A stretch of 64,000 bases of DNA from Eledone cirrhosa (GCA_964016885.1 OZ024743.1:118482001-118546000), one strand, 5' to 3'. Shown: positions 23,569 through 37,874, counted from the stretch's first letter. Numbers and translations are program-made. Notes: generated by a model from the sequence alone, not told the origin.

Positions 23569-24142
23569 GGAAGTGATATTTTAGTAAGTAAGTTAATTTT
23601 ATAATTTTCTTGTCTTACGTCTCTTATATTATTGTTCTGCAACCCCATGCATTGAACCACAATGTTATTAAGACAAAACCTATATATTTGCTAGCATCGA
23701 TATGCATTTGTATGTATATATATGTTACTAGATAAATTCTTTATTATTATCTCCAAAATATTTGTCGAGCAATACTGGCCATGACTGCTACTACTGTAGT
23801 AGGCCGGCCGCTGTCTTATTAACAACCCACTTTCCACCGATTGACCTCGACGTCACGTGTTCGATTCTTTTTGAATTTGCCACGGACACAGAGGCATTGA
23901 TTTTCTCAATGGCTAGGAAGTTATTCCACGCTTTGCTATTTCCTATTCACTGATTTATTTTTTAATAAGCTTCCCGTGTCCTCGCTTCGCCTGGAAACTT
24001 ATATGAGAATTGACTTTCCTGATGACGGGATGTTTCTTTGCACCTTCTTCGGAAGATGTATCTACTCCATTCCAGAAACTAATTAGTTGGAAGTGATATT
24101 TTAGTAAGTAAGTTAATTTTATAATTTTCTTGTCTTACGTCT

Positions 24143-24148
<6 letters not shown>
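23569..24148 (+). mobile_element. Retrozyme-like family E: 520-nt monomer plus a 60-nt terminal direct repeat
   Basis: 23569-23628 is repeated at 24089-24148, HHR at 24013-24094, flanked by microsatellites. Confidence 0.8.
24013..24094 (+). ncRNA. Type I hammerhead ribozyme, family E
   Basis: ACTTTC-CTGATGA-C-GGGATG...CTTC ttcg GAAG...CATTCC-A-GAAA-CTAATTAG-TT-GGAAGT. Stem II is capped by a UUCG tetraloop and stem III is palindromic. Predicted cut at 24088/24089. Confidence 0.8.
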
Positions 24149-24181
<33 letters not shown>

Positions 24182-24185
<4 letters not shown>

Positions 24186-24615
24186 GAAATAGAATGAAAC
24201 GAAATTTCATTTATCACTCTTAGTACGGCAGTTACTTAAATGTAAGTATGTATGTATACGTACATACATATATGTATACAGACGTACAGTAGTAAGTATA
24301 TATATACATACATGCACACATATATATATGCACGTATCGGTTTACCGAACATTTATTATAATGGTCGGTTTGTTTGTTTGTAAACAAACAAACAGCCCGA
24401 ATTATACAAACAAACAAACAAACAAACGAACCGAGCACTATAATAAATGTTGGGTAAACCGATACGTGCATATATATATGTGTGCATGTATGTATATATA
24501 TACATACTACTGTACGTCTGTATACATATATGTATGTACGTATACATACATACATACTTACATTTAAGTAACTGTCGTACTAAGAGTGAGAAATGAAATT
24601 TCGTTTCATTCTATT
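24182..24615. mobile_element. Family B short head-to-head palindrome (both arms truncated before the HHR)
   Basis: GAAACGAAATTTCAT..CACTCTTAGTACG..TTACTTAAATGTAAG at the left and its reverse complement at the right. Centre near 24400. Confidence 0.8.
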
Positions 24616-24616
24616 C

Positions 24617-24683
<67 letters not shown>

Positions 24684-26877
24684 ATACATGCTAATTAACC
24701 GCAGCTCTAACATAGCGTGATTTATGATAGGAGTGGATATGAATACATATACGATATGAACATACGAGAATCTCGCTATGAATATTTTAACATGTGCAAT
24801 ACGCCAACGCCTCCTTAGTAGCCAGTGAGAATACCAGAGAGCTCTTTCTGAATGTTTATCCTTCATTGGTCACACTGGCTCTCTCTATACTGAGGCAGTA
24901 ATAGGTTATAGTCTATATGTTGGCCAGAATATAAATGATCATTGTAGTGTCGTCTCTTGATGTTCCCAGTTCTAAAATTCAATGCGAAGCTCATCCAGAA
25001 AGTTTGATATCCTCGTTGTAATCTTATACAGAACATAAACCAAAGCCACCACGAATAGCTAATATGTTAACAGATAAGCAGAAAGGGGCTGTAATTATTT
25101 TACATGTTTGAAATATAAGATGAATGAAGATTCCTTTGATACCGTCTATGATGTTTTTATCTTGAAGAGATGAACATACCATTTTTTCTCAAAACCTGTA
25201 TTACTACTCAAGCAAAAAGCTCTTAGAGAAAGAGAAATAGGAGTTGGAAAACGTACATTATTTTACGGAATTTATATAATAATCTTGTATCGACAAACTC
25301 TTCGATCAGTCGACTTAAAGGTGTGTTTTAAGGATAGAGTGATTACCTCTAAATATAACGAATAAACAAAAACACTAAACCAGAAATCACTTTTATAAAG
25401 GAAAGAGACACTTTTGATAGCCCAACTAATTTTCATTTAAATATTTATCTTTTGCCATACGTTGCAGACTATCTGGAAGATGTCAGCCAATAAGTACATA
25501 ATATCAGAAATTTGTATAATTTGCCAACGTTCATAAGTAATTCCTAAAATATCTCACCCAGATTTTTCACTGTAAAATGATAAAGATTTATCTTCGGTCA
25601 AGGGTGATGCACGAGCTATTAAATAATCTTGCTATATTTTCGTCTCACGAAAGTATAGAATGAATTAGATTCCTGGAATACGGTATAATTTTAAATAATG
25701 CCTTCTCAACATCCCTGTCATTAATATATTAATTTTGTGGTGAGAGAATAATAAAGTATTTTTTGTGATCGATCTATTGATATTAGTTAATATCTAAACA
25801 GGTAAATTTGCAAACGTGAATGTTAGCAAATATTTTAAATATCTTCATTGTGCAACATTATTTGTTTTAACCCTCTGCCTTCGCAGAAACAACACGATGG
25901 GACAGAATATATCATACTAGTTACAGTGGATTTCCGGATATACGATGCGATACTTATATTTGATACCTACAACAACAAGTAAATAGCGCTTAGCGAATAA
26001 CAGATTATTATTGAATAAAAATGCATCTGACACGGGTAACTTTTTTCAACTAAAACGCTTGGTATGAAAGTGTCTATATGCAGTTACTCGCATAACTTCA
26101 TATGCTGGCCATTCCCTCGTCAAATGGTATGCTACTATCTTTTAAAAGTATAATGATTTAGTCACAGATACAATACTTATTCATAGTTGTAATGTATGCC
26201 TTTCGACATAAGTCGACTCATTCTAAATAATCCTTTGGGTAAGCAACATCGATGACAACGGAAACTGCTACTGAGTCATTTAAAAATGAGTGGCATTCCT
26301 AAACTGTCAATGAAACATCTAATATAAAGTCTTATTTCCAAGTATAAGTAATTCGGTTTACTGAATTATGTATATTCTCTTTCTTTTAATGTTGTTTTCT
26401 TACTTGTGTCTCACGGTTAAAGGAAGTTGTTTTCCTTATAACGACTCCATAAACGATTTCCGTCTCTGATAGTATGTCTATTTCATATTTTAACCTGAAC
26501 TTCCTCTTTTACTCACCCCCACTCTCTCTGTAGATCTGCTTTAAATGATTTTATATTTTATTTTTTATTTTTTATTTTTTAACCCTACAATGGTTTTAAT
26601 ATTAATATCTTCTCACTGACAACCCAATGACTGATGTTCTCATCACTTTTTTTTTCTCCTTTTCATCTAAAGTGAGACGTTCAAATCTTTAACAGATGTA
26701 GCAGTGAGCTAAGTATTGCAACATTATCGTGTTTATGTGGAATCTCCCATACTTCACCACTGTTGGATTTGAGCTATGAAATAAATATTAGTTTTAGATT
26801 AATTCTAAGAAATATAGCACTTTTACAATTGTGAAGAACGTCGCATTGTATGTGTGTACATGTATGTGTGTATGTAG

Positions 26878-26948
<71 letters not shown>

Positions 26949-27051
26949 AGAGAGAGGGAGAGAAAGAGAGAGAAGGTAGAGATATGTTAAATATACGCAC
27001 ACACACACATTGTATGTTTGTACATTTATGTGTGTATGTAGCATCTCTCTT

Positions 27052-27105
<54 letters not shown>

Positions 27106-27142
27106 AGGCAGAGGTATGTTAAATACGCCCCCCCCCCTCACA

Positions 27143-27173
<31 letters not shown>

Positions 27174-28893
27174 GTGTGGGTGTGTGTGTACATGATAGCG
27201 CACGCATGTGAGTGTGTGTACAAACTATCAAAATAGCATAAGATACAATCTGACAGAAGAATTGAAGTATCTTAATTAATTTACATTCGACGGAAGAAAC
27301 TGAATATCCTCTTGTTTGGGGAACAAACTCTTTTTTTTAAAGTATTGCGACATAAATATAGATATTAAGTACTTTGTTATATTAGTTATTTAAGATGTAT
27401 GCTTCATCATACTCGGATTTCTCATACAAAACGTTAAGCGAAAGTGAAGAAAACATTTGAAGGGTTCATGCCACTATCAACCATTTCTTCACAATTATTA
27501 AATCATCTATTTATTCTGCAACATAGGTAAGTTCTCGTTGAAGTGTGTTTAATTTGCATGTTATTTTTGAATTGTACCAATGATGTACCAATATGTCTCC
27601 GCGGTTAAGAAGTTCGTTTCACACCTACCTGGTTTCAAGTTCGCTTCTCCTTCATGGGATGTTGTATATCATAGTATAACATAGTCGAGTATAGAGTGTA
27701 TGACATTTTGAAGCCGAAACTTTTGGAAGATAAATGGTTAGATGCATACATGTTCTTGCGCTGTAGCATTAATTCATCACTTAGATTATCTCTCTTCTAT
27801 AACATTTAAGCTAGACCTACGATATGTTGAAAACTTTCTCCCTTCTTCCCACCAGAGAGGGAAACCCGAAAATGGCACTGGTATTTGCTCTTTCTCTTCT
27901 GATTACCCCACAAAAATAACAAAACACAAAACAAAACAAAACAAAACAATTACTGCACTGGCATTCTTTAAAAACATTTAAAACTCACAATATTCTATTT
28001 GCCCCCCGCGTCTTAATTTCTTCTTCTAACGGTGATCGATTTTTCGTAGGTATGTATATTGTTAAAACTCGTAAAGACGTAACATTTACACCAGTGAGAA
28101 TTGATTTCAGAATTTAAAGAGACGTCACTGAATTTTTCATAATACATGATGCCATACTTGGACTTTATGACTTACTGATAGCTCCACGTTATACGATAAA
28201 TTAACAAGAAATCCTTAATTGGCATTTAAAATGTCAATAAAATAAACTTAATCGAAACTGTATTTATCAGTAGTTTATCTTTTTTGTGGTTAGCTTAGTT
28301 GCTTTTGTCAATATTATTTGAGGAAGGGGTGTATGTAAAATTTCAAGTCCCACAGCAGGATGCAGGCATACATAATTAGCGGATATTTTAAATATAACTT
28401 AAGACTGCTTTAGGGAGGTGGAACAGAACTGTCGAAAAATGTATTACCAACGCCTTAACTAAAGAATTATATCTACCGTAAAGTTTCTTTGCTGACTTCT
28501 AAGTAGATTTCAAGAAGTGTTCGTAAAAAGTTAGAGGAGGTGAGTTATAAAATTCAGTGACTGTAATTGTGTTGCACAATCTCTCCTTTTTAACACAAAA
28601 TCTAACCTTTATTCTCATACGTCTAACGGATATGTAATTTGATGGAATAGGCATACATTTATCAGGCCACAACGACATAGTTCTGAGGTGTAAGTTAAGT
28701 GTGTATTTCATAAATGATCGCTGTTTCACTCACTCTTCAGCCTAAAGAAAATTTACCACCATCGGATAAATGATTCCTGGTAATGTTGTAGTGTAAAGTA
28801 TAAACATTATTATCTAATTAAAAGTACCAGTAATACACTGGAATAATTGCTGGCCTTATGCCAAATGTAGAAACAATTATTATCTAATTAGAA

Positions 28894-29087
28894 GGGCGGT
28901 GGATTGGCAGAATCGGTAGGGCGTCAGATACCATGCTTTGCTGCATAGAGTTATGGCCCTTTATGTTATGAGTTTAAATCCTGCTAAGGTTAGCTTTGCC
29001 TTTCATCCTGACTGGGTCGATAAAATAAAGTACCAGTAATGCACTGGGATAATTACTGGCCTTGTGCCAAAAGTAGAAACAATTATT
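28894..29087 (+). mobile_element. tRNA-derived SINE
   Basis: GGCGGTGGATTGGCAGAATCGG (A-box-like), GAGTTTAAATC (B-box-like), conserved core and AGAAACAATTATT tail. Confidence 0.8.
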
Positions 29088-29107
29088 ATATGATTAGAAA
29101 TGGAATT

Positions 29108-29293
29108 AATAATTGTTTCTACTTTTGGCACAAGGCCAGTAATTATCCCAGTGTATTACTGGTACATTATTTTATCGACCCCGTAAGGATGAAAGGCAAA
29201 GTTAACCTCGGCGGGGTTTGAACTCAGACCATAAACGGCCGTAACTCTTTGCTGCAAAGCATGGCGTCCGACGGATTGCCAATCCACCGCCCT
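29108..29293 (-). mobile_element. tRNA-derived SINE, inverted relative to its neighbour
   Basis: Reverse complement of the 28894 family. Confidence 0.8.
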
Positions 29294-31815
29294 AATGGAA
29301 TTAATAATGTCATAAATACTAACGTCTATTATGTAGTTCTTGTATAACTTCTTTTTGTGCTCTATATTTCTCTGTGTACGACATCTCGCTCTCAATGTCC
29401 AATGAATAATACAATAGATATCCAATCATGCATATACGAATTAATACATATTAATAATGTATTTCTTAAAGAAAGTCATCCATCAGACAATTATACAAAA
29501 CGTTGAATAAATCTGGCATATTGAACATGTTTATGGCACATCAGTAATTAAGACTTCAATTAATATCCATGGTAGTCGACATTCCATGGATCCAAACCCA
29601 ATCCACTCCTTTCAAAGTTATTATCTGTATTAATTAACTTTGTGGGAATTTTATACTCAATTGTCTCTATTGGTATGTGTCCTAAATACCTCAAAATTTT
29701 ATAATGATATATACGTTATTCACTTATCACCTTTCTAGTGTCATAAATATTATCTGTAATTTCTCTGGGAAATATTTGGGAAAAATATAATTTGTTTGCC
29801 AAAAATTTACTTTTTTTCCCTTTACGAGTTAAAATATATGGCAACTAATGTTTAAATTATTTTATCGATTAATCATATTTCTTATCAACCCTTATATTTT
29901 CTTGCTAGAGAGGACAACAGATTGGTTTACCTTCTTGTTTTAGTCAATCTTCTTATTTAGGTTGACTTAAATGCTATGATTTTTTTTCTTTGTATAACTA
30001 TTATGTGAATATAGCAGGTTACCATTCGAGAATATGTGATTCGATAATTGGAATATATGTATTTTTCTGTTAGTAATCAATCCTCTAATACACTCACAAA
30101 TGAAAGTTAATACGTGTCAACGAATAAGCCTCAAGGTTGTCGCCCGTTCTATAAATCATAAAAGCGAAACTTCCCTAACATTACATACTACCTTGACGGA
30201 AATTTTGAGTAATGTCGTTTTAAAATATAATGCTCAGGAAAAAATTACACTGGTCAAAGCTGGAAAATCTTTTGTTATATTTCTGGCTGTTCATGGCTAA
30301 GCTGTGGCTAAATAAAAACGAGGGTTAATAGTTATGAACGACCGAAGTCTTCACAATCTAAAAGAATGTATCGTCTTTTCCTAGTCCAGAGAATAAGTGG
30401 TTAAACTGCATGCTATGCAATCAAGTAGTTCTTATTTGATCTCACTATGCAATGTTTTAGGTAAGAGTATTCTTCCACGGCCCTAATAAAATGTTTGGTG
30501 CATATAGCAAACAAAGTTTTTTTATTGTAGTTTTTTCAATATATAGACACATATGATGCGTCTGATAGTGATTTGGCTATATTTCCAGAAAGGTCAAGCC
30601 AGAGCACGATGCAAATATATCATGACTGTGTGGAAACACGCCATATTAGTTGAGGTGAGTTTAAGACTTGATATGGCATTGGGAAAGTAGAAAGAGACGG
30701 CAATCCAAACATCAGCTAAATATTAGAGATTGCTACTAATCACAAACCTATTGCCATTGGATCTTCACGATTATTTGAATACACTGCTTCATGCACATTT
30801 TAGGTTACAATCAATTCTCTATTACGACTCAACATTCACAGGCATTCAGCACTAATTTACATGTGTATATACGCATGCTTTTGAGTATGTGTATGTAAGT
30901 ACACACATACAGACATTCTATTGAATATGTATATAGGATTTGTTGGAGTGGTAGAAGTTAACGAGAAAGTGTGGAAGGAGTTTAGAACGGGTTACATTTG
31001 TGGCCACATTATATATAACAGTTCGATTGAATTTACATAGGATAGCCCCAGTTCAACGCTCATTTACCAGCCATCTAATAAAATGTATTACGGCAGTGAT
31101 CATCACGTAATTTTGAAAATCTATAACTACAATGTATGTGTTCATTCTTGAGACGTGCGTGTATGATTTTAGGGAGATATTTTTGTTCTATCTAGTTATA
31201 AGGCCTCCCTGACCAGCAGCAGTACCTAGAGAATGTATCCATCATATTTGTAACTGGAATGATACACAATTACTCCTGTAAAGACATGGGCAGATTATCT
31301 ATAAAAATAGACATAGACACGTTCCAGAAAATAGCAACTCTAAAAGCTGTAAATATTGTTAGGACATTCTCATGCAACATTTATTCACCTTCCACATATT
31401 CATGTATGTTTTCCAAGTTGTACCGATTTCTTTTGGAAGAAAGAAAACCCTTGATGTATTTCCTGAACCATAAATAACAACTACAACAATAAAAATAGCA
31501 ACAATGAAAATAGCAATAATAATAATAACGATTTTCACCGTCGGTAATTTTCTTTTTGTCATTATCTTTTTCTTCGCATTCCTCAGCAATACACGCCTTC
31601 TAAACAGTATGCAACCAGCATTAAATGTCTTGTTGCAATTGATGTGGTCACGCTGTATGCATCAGTGCATTCAGAAGACTTAATCGGCTGTTATAGGTAG
31701 ATGTGTGCCTATGTGAATGTGTGACTGTGTGTGATAATCTCTTCAATTTCTTTAGTTACTACACTTTGTATTTTCCATTCATATCTCCACACTTACGTTC
31801 CTTTCTAATTCTCAA

Positions 31816-32062
31816 ACATCATCATCATCATAAACATCAACGAAACATCACTAAACATCAATCATTGTCATCGTCCTCGTTGTCGCCGTCCTACTCATCA
31901 TCACTAACTTCACCATCGTCATCTTCATCGTTACATCATCATCACTAACACCACAGCCACCACCATAACCTCAACCATCACCGCCACCACCATTATCCTC
32001 ATTATCATCACCAACGTCATTATCATCATTGTCGTCTTCGTTATAATCATAATTAGCATCAC
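31816..32062. repeat. Degenerate (CAT)n/(CAC)n trinucleotide tract
   Basis: Visible low-complexity repeat, with a similar tract at 33345-33480. Confidence 0.8.
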
Positions 32063-32082
32063 CTGCAATATATATATATATA

Positions 32083-32811
32083 TAAACGGAAAAAATGAAA
32101 CGAAATTTCATTTCCCACTCTTAGTGCGGCTGTTACTTAAATATAAGTATGTACACGTACATACATATATGTATACAGACGTACAGTAGTATGTATATAT
32201 ATATACATACATGCACACACATATATATATGTACGTATGGATTCACCGAACATTTATTATAATGCTCGGTTTGTTTGTAAACAAACATCCCGTATTACGC
32301 CGTACAGTGTCTAGCAACCACCGTTGCTCGTTTGTTCAACACTGACAAAGGAACGCTGTACTAGTTTCAAGCTTATTAGCTATCGTCAGCAACGTATACC
32401 TTCCTGCCAGATTGTTGAACGTCGACTGAGTAGCCCAATTTGCATATCGAGTGGGTTAATTGGCCGGGTGCACCGAAAACGATAAACGGAAAAAAATGAA
32501 ACGAAATTTCATTTCCCACTCTTAGTACGGCTGTTACTTAAATATAAGTATGTACACGTACATATATATATGTATACAGACGTACAGTAGTATGTATATA
32601 TATATACATACATGCACATATATATATATATATATATATATGTACGTATGGATTCCCGGAACATTTATTATAATGCTCGGTGTGTTTGTAAACAAACATC
32701 CCGTATTACGCCGTAGTGTCCTGCAACCATCGTTGCTCGTTTGTTCAACACTGACAAAGGAACGCTGTACTAGTTTCAAGCTTATTAGCTATCGTCAGCA
32801 ACGTATACCTT

Positions 32812-32813
<2 letters not shown>
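32083..32813 (-). mobile_element. Retrozyme-like family B: about 1.8 tandem units in (TA)n
   Basis: Unit restarts at about 32484. HHRs at 32353-32395 and 32762-32804 (ACGTTG-CTGACGA-TAGCT aata AGCTT-GAAA-CTAG-TA-CAGCGT). Confidence 0.85.
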
Positions 32814-32873
<60 letters not shown>

Positions 32874-34310
32874 ATAAAGAAATACACAGATACATGCGGA
32901 CACATACATATACATGAATATATCCACATATATCCCTGAATTTGTGGTAGAGTATCCATTGAAGTGTAGTGACTGCTGGAAAGCTATCATTACTCAAACT
33001 TCTCGCCATCCTAGCCATCTCTTCTACGGCTTTGTGGTATTTTTTTCTTGGTTGTAAGAGGCTTAGGTCTGTTTCTTGACCGCTGTATCACGTGATTGAC
33101 ACCCCTCCGCCTTTCGGGATTCTATCTCGCGTCCTACGGATGTGTTTTGAAACTCTAAATGAGATATTCTCTTGATAAGTCGGCACACCTCACAAAAATA
33201 CTGTATCTCTGTGATGTAGTGTTTTTTCATAATATGCCACGAAACTACGTAGTCGAGGAGTAATTAAGGAATTTGGGTATGGTATATCTTATTAATCATA
33301 TCTAATGTTTCTTCTTTCTTTATAATGTATTATATATATATACATTGTCGTCATGGTGATCATCAGCATTACCGTCTTCATCATCATCACACCATTATTA
33401 TTATCATCACCTTCATTACCATAATATCACAATCATCGATAGCGGGAGGATACTCCTTCTAATACTCCTTATCATCATCGACGTAACAAGCCTTAGCTCG
33501 AGGTCGTTAACAAAGGCATTTATTTGCTAGAGTCTACATTTGTATTGCTTGCGATTTGGTAGAGCCGTGGGAACCTCGGATGGAATGTTTCGTCTGTACT
33601 TTGAGTTAAAATCGCGTCGAGGTCAATATTGCTTTTCATGATTTCCGCGTCTCTAAATACATTAAAACACTAGCTCCAAAATTGAAAGGCATTCACTTTC
33701 ACACACTGGCTTTATAAACATTCCAAGCTCTATGCGGGGAAGGTTTTGGATGAAACAATTCAAATTGTAAACTTTTATGTGGTCTGTATCTTGAACGCAG
33801 TGATGAGGAGTTCGTTCCAGTGCTAAATCTATTTAAATTGCTTGTTGAAAATAGTTTCAGGTAATTGTCATGATGAATTTCAAGGGTTAAAGTATAATTC
33901 AGGAGCAAGAGATGTCACAGAATGATTTGCCGTTCATATGGAATTTCTACCCCCCAAAAAGCAAGAAGAGCTATTTACGAATTGATTTCATTTTTGTCAT
34001 CATATATTTTCACAAATTAAAACGAAGCAACGAAGTTGAAGGGAACTTAAACATGATTTATGCTCTACACTTTCACGCCCTCCACCGTTGCCAAAGAAAC
34101 AAACAAATCAATCACATGTCTCTCATTGTAAACGAGAAGAAAAGAAATCACAATACTCTGAGATTCTATTAAACTTTAAATATGCATCAGTAATTTTAGA
34201 CTGTTAAGCTGTTACTTTTGTGTATCAAAAGACTATATTTATAAAAAAATTTAAATCCGCTAACATCTCCTATTGCTATCAAATTTGTCAAATTCCGTTA
34301 TATAAATAAT

Positions 34311-34494
34311 TTTCTATTTTTTGGCACAAGGCTAGCAAATTACAGGTGCATTACTGGTACTTTATTTTATCGACCCCGTAAGGATAAAATGCAAAGTTAA
34401 CCTCGGCGGGATTTGAACTCAGAATGGCAAGGGCCGTAACTCTGTGCGTAAAAGCATGGCGTCCGACCCTCTACAGATACTGCCAATCCACCGC
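34311..34494 (-). mobile_element. tRNA-derived SINE with TSD
   Basis: Family core on the minus strand, with TCCGTTATATAAATAAT duplicated on both sides. Confidence 0.8.
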
Positions 34495-35324
34495 AAATCC
34501 GTTATATAAATAATCCAAGTAAATTTATATGTATTGAAAGAATAACAGATGTTTAATATAATATTCATATTATATGTGAATTCAACTGGAAAATGGGGAC
34601 AACATTCTTAAATATGGTGAAAAGTGTGCAATCATTGGTCTTGATAAAACAAGGAATACAAGTAGTAATAGAACTTACTTGGGTAAAATAAATCGACGAT
34701 TTATGTCAATATAAAAGAATCAACTCATTTTATCAATATCATCTTCGTCATTGTTATCAGTATCGTAACTAAGCATCATGACAATCATCAACATAATTTT
34801 CTTGTTGCTGATTCTATTTACATTTCTATGAAAGGGACAAAGTGAGAGAAGCAATGTGAATGAGAGACAAATGAAAGGAAAAAAAGAAAAAGAGAAACAG
34901 TGAGAAATCTCAGAGAGGGAAGGGGGTAGATAGAAACAGGTTAGTATTTTCGTGGCACATAAGATTGATAGGCACGAAAACTGAGAGACTGAGCGGTTGT
35001 CAGCAAAAGCAGCATCACTCCTGTTTCCAACTAATGCCACTTGATCCAACCCTGGGGATGTTGCTTACACGTAGGGCCAATCCCAGGGGTAGAGTCTGGA
35101 AGGGAAACTGGAATGTACTGACAAAAATTTAAAAAAAGTAAATAACAAAATTGCAAATAAAAATATCGCTTTGCATATATATATTAAAATGACAGACATC
35201 ACATCTACATACATTCATAAATTAAACATATATTCATACATACAAACAATTGCATACACACACACACTCGCACACACATACTCACACGCACGCGCGCGCA
35301 TATATATATGTCTGTTTAAATATA

Positions 35325-35393
<69 letters not shown>

Positions 35394-35397
35394 TTAG

Positions 35398-35909
35398 ATG
35401 GAAAAAATGAAATTTCATTTCTCACTCTTAGTACGGCTGATACTTAAATACAAGTATGTATACATACATACATATATGTATACAGACGTACAGTAGTATG
35501 TATACAGATGTACACTAGTATGTATATACATACATGCACACATATATATATATATGTACGTATGGGTCAACCGAACATGTATTATAATGTTCGGTTTGTT
35601 TGTAATCAAACAGTCCGAATTAAGCCGTACAGTGTTCGGCAACCATCGTTGCCCTTTTGTTCAACACTGACAATGGAACGATGAACTAGTTTCTAGCTTA
35701 TTAGCTGTCATCAGCACCGTTTTCGGTACGCCCGGCCGACTAACTCATTCGATATGCAAATCAGGCTGCTCATCCGTTATTATGCATCAGGAAAGTATAT
35801 ACTTTCAAACGTTCAATCGATTGACAGGAAGATATACGGTGATGACAGCTAATAAGCTAGAAACTAGTTCATCGTTCCTTTGTCAGTGTTGAACAAAATG
35901 GCAACAATG
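35398..35909. mobile_element. Retrozyme-like family B, head-to-head, right arm cut short by a LINE fragment
   Basis: HHR at 35677-35721 (-), inversion at about 35722, and a second HHR at about 35836-35877 (+) that lacks CTG of the core. Confidence 0.8.
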
Positions 35910-36700
35910 TCCCTATATCGCTTGGCCAGACACTTAGCGTAGCTGTTACCTGGTATGCTTAAGACTGACATCCCTCTATAAGTGCAGCAAGATCTCTTGT
36001 TTTCTTTTTTGAGAATTAGGATTATCATTCGTGATTGCTATTGCTTAGTTGCCTTTCCAAAGATCTAGGTCACTCGGCACACGCGGGTCAACCAGAGAAT
36101 ACCAGATTTAACATCTCGGGTCAAATTTCACCCTCTCCACATTCGCTCTATTTAATTGCTAATGTGACCTCAGCCTCCGTGAGGTTAGTCATCGCTACCA
36201 GATGCATTACGATTACATCAGAAGATGCTGTTGTGACCGGGTTTAGATTCTCAGCCAAGTAATCTCTCCATTTCGGGAGGACGCACCTCTCTGTAACGCG
36301 AACACCAGATACGTTCCTGATAGCAGGCGTAGAGGAGGAGCTAATGGATGTTCTGCCAGAATACTTTGGTTGCCGATCGTGAATCGGTTTCTAGCTTAAC
36401 CCCGAATACCTTCCATGCTCTAACTTTGGACAACTTTTCTGTCTTTTCTGCTATGTTTCGCACCTTCTCGTACCGCTTGTGTAAAATGGAGGACTTTCAT
36501 TTATTCATTGGAAACTTATTTAGTCATTAAACCAAAGGATCCCCTACCAAAATCAACCCGACCCTAGATCAAGCCGCTTTACCCACAGCTTTTATCAGCT
36601 GATGTAGAAACTGTCGAGATGAACAGACTCCACTCTGTTTCAACGTCCCCAGTTTGCTCCGGGAGTTCTCTGAATTTGTATACAATGATATCACTAATCC
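35910..36700 (-). mobile_element. Degenerate RTE-like LINE fragment (linker and RT N-terminus)
   Basis: Minus-strand remnants such as WRDYLAENLNP and WLTRVCRV, then KKKQE..CTYRG.SVLSIPG. Many stops and frameshifts. Confidence 0.5.
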
Positions 36701-37874
36701 TGTTCCTGATATACTTACCTAGTTATGTAGCTAGGAGTAGGCGATTAAATGCAACTTCTAAAAAAGCTTAGTCTTCGTGAGCCTGAGGAAAGTACCAAAT
36801 TGGTGACGGGTGCTAATGAGACTAACAAAACAGTGCAATATGGCTGAAACATGTAAAGACACCCATACCGCACTGTCATTCACGTTAGTTAGAAGGGATT
36901 TTTCGAATAATATATTGCAGTTTCCACCTAAGGCAGTAAGAACTGGCGATACACCTTCCAACCGTCCTGGGATGCGTGGCTGAAAGCACAAAGTTTACGT
37001 ATCATGAAAACCCAGAGAGGGTCTGGAAACACACTTTGACAATTGGTAAATAGAACCTTACAATCCTTACAGACTAGGAGCAGGAACCAGTGCAGAAAAC
37101 TAGATGCTTCTGGCTATATGTATAGTCGAGGTTCCCACCAACTTTTTGATGGAAGATGGAAACTCGAATATTCAGATATGGAACAAGAAGAGACTGCACA
37201 GGGGATTGTGGGCATACTCACAAGACCCCCCCCCCCCCCACACACACACACACCGTCTGTCAGAATGTCTTAAGAACTGGATCACATGGGGAGGGAGTAT
37301 TTGAAACATGAAGCTTAGAAACTTAGGGTTAAAAGTGGGTGGGGAAAATTTATCGCCAATGAGAGAACCCGAATAGAGACCTTTGCTTGATGAAGTTATT
37401 TCAGTGTTAGATGTAGTTAAGACTGAGTCATATACCCTAATGCAAAGGTTCTGTTGATATCAGTAGATTACTGGGCCAAATCAAGTTATCTTAGATTCTT
37501 TAAAAAATACTCGTACGAATTAAATACAATAAAGTTTCAGTCCAAAACAAAAGCAAGCTATTTCAAATTATATATTTTTGAAATAAAAAAAACATTTGAT
37601 CTCAGTCGAAAAAGCTTTTTTTTCTTTAAATTCTATATTTCACTGTTAGCTGTTGTAATATATTTTGAGTGGATAGACAATTGAAACTGCAAAGTCAAAA
37701 TACAAAAGATGCAAAATATGAAGAGTTTCTTACCTTTCTCTGAAATCACAAACTCAAGGGGAAAATAGTACCTTGCAAAATAATATACCTCGTAGTAAAA
37801 TAAGTAGTAAGGAATGAATTGAGAAGCTTAGTGACTGAGAAAGCAATATTTGTATCCATTATATATAAACATAG

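Noticed and set aside
27394-27526. Candidate exon ending at a strong GTAAGT donor
   Set aside because: All three frames from the nearest AG acceptor contain stops.
28715-28745. CTGAAGA...GAAA on the minus strand
   Set aside because: No stem I or stem II can form. Chance match.
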